From: an uncultured Candidatus Saccharibacteria bacterium
GTDB taxonomy: Bacteria > Patescibacteriota > Minisyncoccia > 2-02-FULL-40-12 > GWA2-44-9
Length of the DNA: 51,984 nt
Reading direction: 5' to 3'
NCBI GenBank assembly: GCA_964366725.1
Contig: CAYIUL010000001.1
Location: forward strand, 1-51,984
The notes beneath the pieces were generated by a model. The model saw only the letters and a list, made by a program, of their open reading frames with translations, had not been told where the DNA came from and ran no database searches. The translations under genes were made by a program, and so were the position numbers. How positions within the stretch are numbered: position 1 is the stretch's first letter; every line of letters starts with the position of its first letter. Positions 51,384-51,984 of this stretch are shown one piece after another.

Positions 51384-51984
51384 ATGTTAAAACTGACCAA
51401 TACTCTCACCGGACAAAAAGAAGAATTTGTGCCGATGAAAAACAAAAAGGTGAATATGTTCGTCTGTGGTCCGACTGTTTATGATTATATCCATATCGGC
51501 AACGCCAGGACTTTTGTATTTTTTGACGTGGTCGCAAAGTATCTCCACCACAAGGGTTATGATGTAAATTACATCCAGAATATCACGGACATAGACAATA
51601 AAATTATAGAACGGGCGCAAAAAGAAGGCGCTGACCCGCTGGAATACGCCAAGAAATACAGCGAAATTTTCAAAGAGGACATGCTGGCGTTGGGCGTTAC
51701 CTCTCCCGAATACAAAAACGCCACCGACCACATTCCGGAAGTTATCAAACAAGTTCAAACCTTGCTGGACAAGGGCAATGCTTACGTCATCGAGAATGAT
51801 GGTATTTATTTCGATCTGTCCACTTTTCCTGAATACGGCAAACTGTCGGGCCGGACAGCCGGCATGGCTGAAGATGCGGTCTCCCGCATAGACGACAGCG
51901 ACAAGAAGCGTAACCGCGGGGACTTCGCGATTTGGAAGTTCTCACAAGCCGGCGACCCCACCTGGCCGGCGCCGTTCGGCGCCG
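51384..51984 (+). CDS. cysS: cysteinyl-tRNA synthetase, N-terminal part (3' end outside window)
   Basis: Absent from the ORF track because it runs off the end of the window. MLKLTNTLTGQKEEFVP ... MFVCGPTVYDYIHIGNARTF (HIGH) ... NITDIDNKII ... RNRGDFAIWK. Confidence 0.93.
   Translation, partial: MLKLTNTLTGQKEEFVPMKNKKVNMFVCGPTVYDYIHIGNARTFVFFDVVAKYLHHKGYDVNYIQNITDIDNKIIERAQKEGADPLEYAKKYSEIFKEDMLALGVTSPEYKNATDHIPEVIKQVQTLLDKGNAYVIENDGIYFDLSTFPEYGKLSGRTAGMAEDAVSRIDDSDKKRNRGDFAIWKFSQAGDPTWPAPFGA

Noticed and set aside
51387-51758. 123-aa minus-strand ORF listed in the ORF track.
   Set aside because: The plus strand encodes an unmistakable CysRS N-terminus (HIGH motif). It was missed by the track only because it runs off the window end.
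1-51984. tRNA or rRNA genes, and recoding of TGA.
   Set aside because: No T-arm (GGTTCGAATCC-type) or anticodon-arm pattern was found in intergenic regions, and there are no rRNA-like stretches. Many confident genes end in TGA (for example 10160-10162), so the standard code applies. This was a by-eye scan only; tRNAscan or Infernal should confirm it.

Overview
This 52-kb window comes from a small-genome, AT-leaning bacterium that uses TGA as a stop codon. Trimmed housekeeping proteins, many small secreted or membrane hypotheticals and an envelope glycosyltransferase cluster suggest a Patescibacteria/CPR (Parcubacteria-like) lineage. That placement is inference; no database was searched and all product names rest on motifs read by eye.

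Layout:
- 1-3037: alpha-operon tail (rpsK', rpsD, rpoA, rplQ, rplM, rpsI).
- 3047-7000: compositional mosaic. It holds a P-loop protein, a very AT-rich receiver plus histidine-kinase-like pair, and three GC-rich orphan genes.
- 7013-10982: ASCH protein, histidine phosphatase and small hypotheticals.
- 11131-12132: mreB.
- 12462-21933: cell-envelope glycan cluster (GT4, GT2, GT4, O-antigen-ligase-like, GT2, LCP, GT2), interrupted by an opposite-strand GC-rich ABC exporter.
- 21926-24334: ctp-like S41 peptidase, rplI, rpmA.
- 24411-27728: a second, AT-rich ABC exporter, then a translationally coupled PD-(D/E)XK nuclease and DEDD exonuclease pair.
- 27884-34593: ndh, M23 peptidase, gltX, priA.
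- 34592-35336: an IS200/RAYT-like Y1 transposase flanked by inverted REP-like hairpins.
- 35876-43441: def, fmt, Zn/Mn ABC components, efp, yvcK-like.
- 43459-47980: hrcA-grpE-dnaK ... dnaJ on the minus strand, with a CIRCE operator.
- 48465-51984: a type II RM pair, an NRAMP transporter, and the start of cysS.

No tRNA, rRNA or CRISPR array was recognised.

Most interesting signals:
1. Several families of short perfect palindromes sit in frame inside protein-coding genes (two glycosyltransferases, fmt, a third GT, grpE, priA, the exonuclease). The Y1/RAYT transposase with REP-like hairpins lies in the same window.
2. Two unclassified ncRNA candidates of about 320 nt each have a sigma70-like promoter and an intrinsic terminator. 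One is antisense in the dnaK-dnaJ gap; the other is directly upstream of the RM pair.
3. A 50-nt hairpin motif occurs twice with compensatory stem changes.
4. A heptanucleotide tandem repeat lies inside a glycosyltransferase.
5. Housekeeping proteins have unusual architecture: RpoA lacks the alpha-CTD, PriA has degenerate ATPase motifs, Fmt lacks the tRNA-recognition loop, and EF-P lacks the KPGKG loop.
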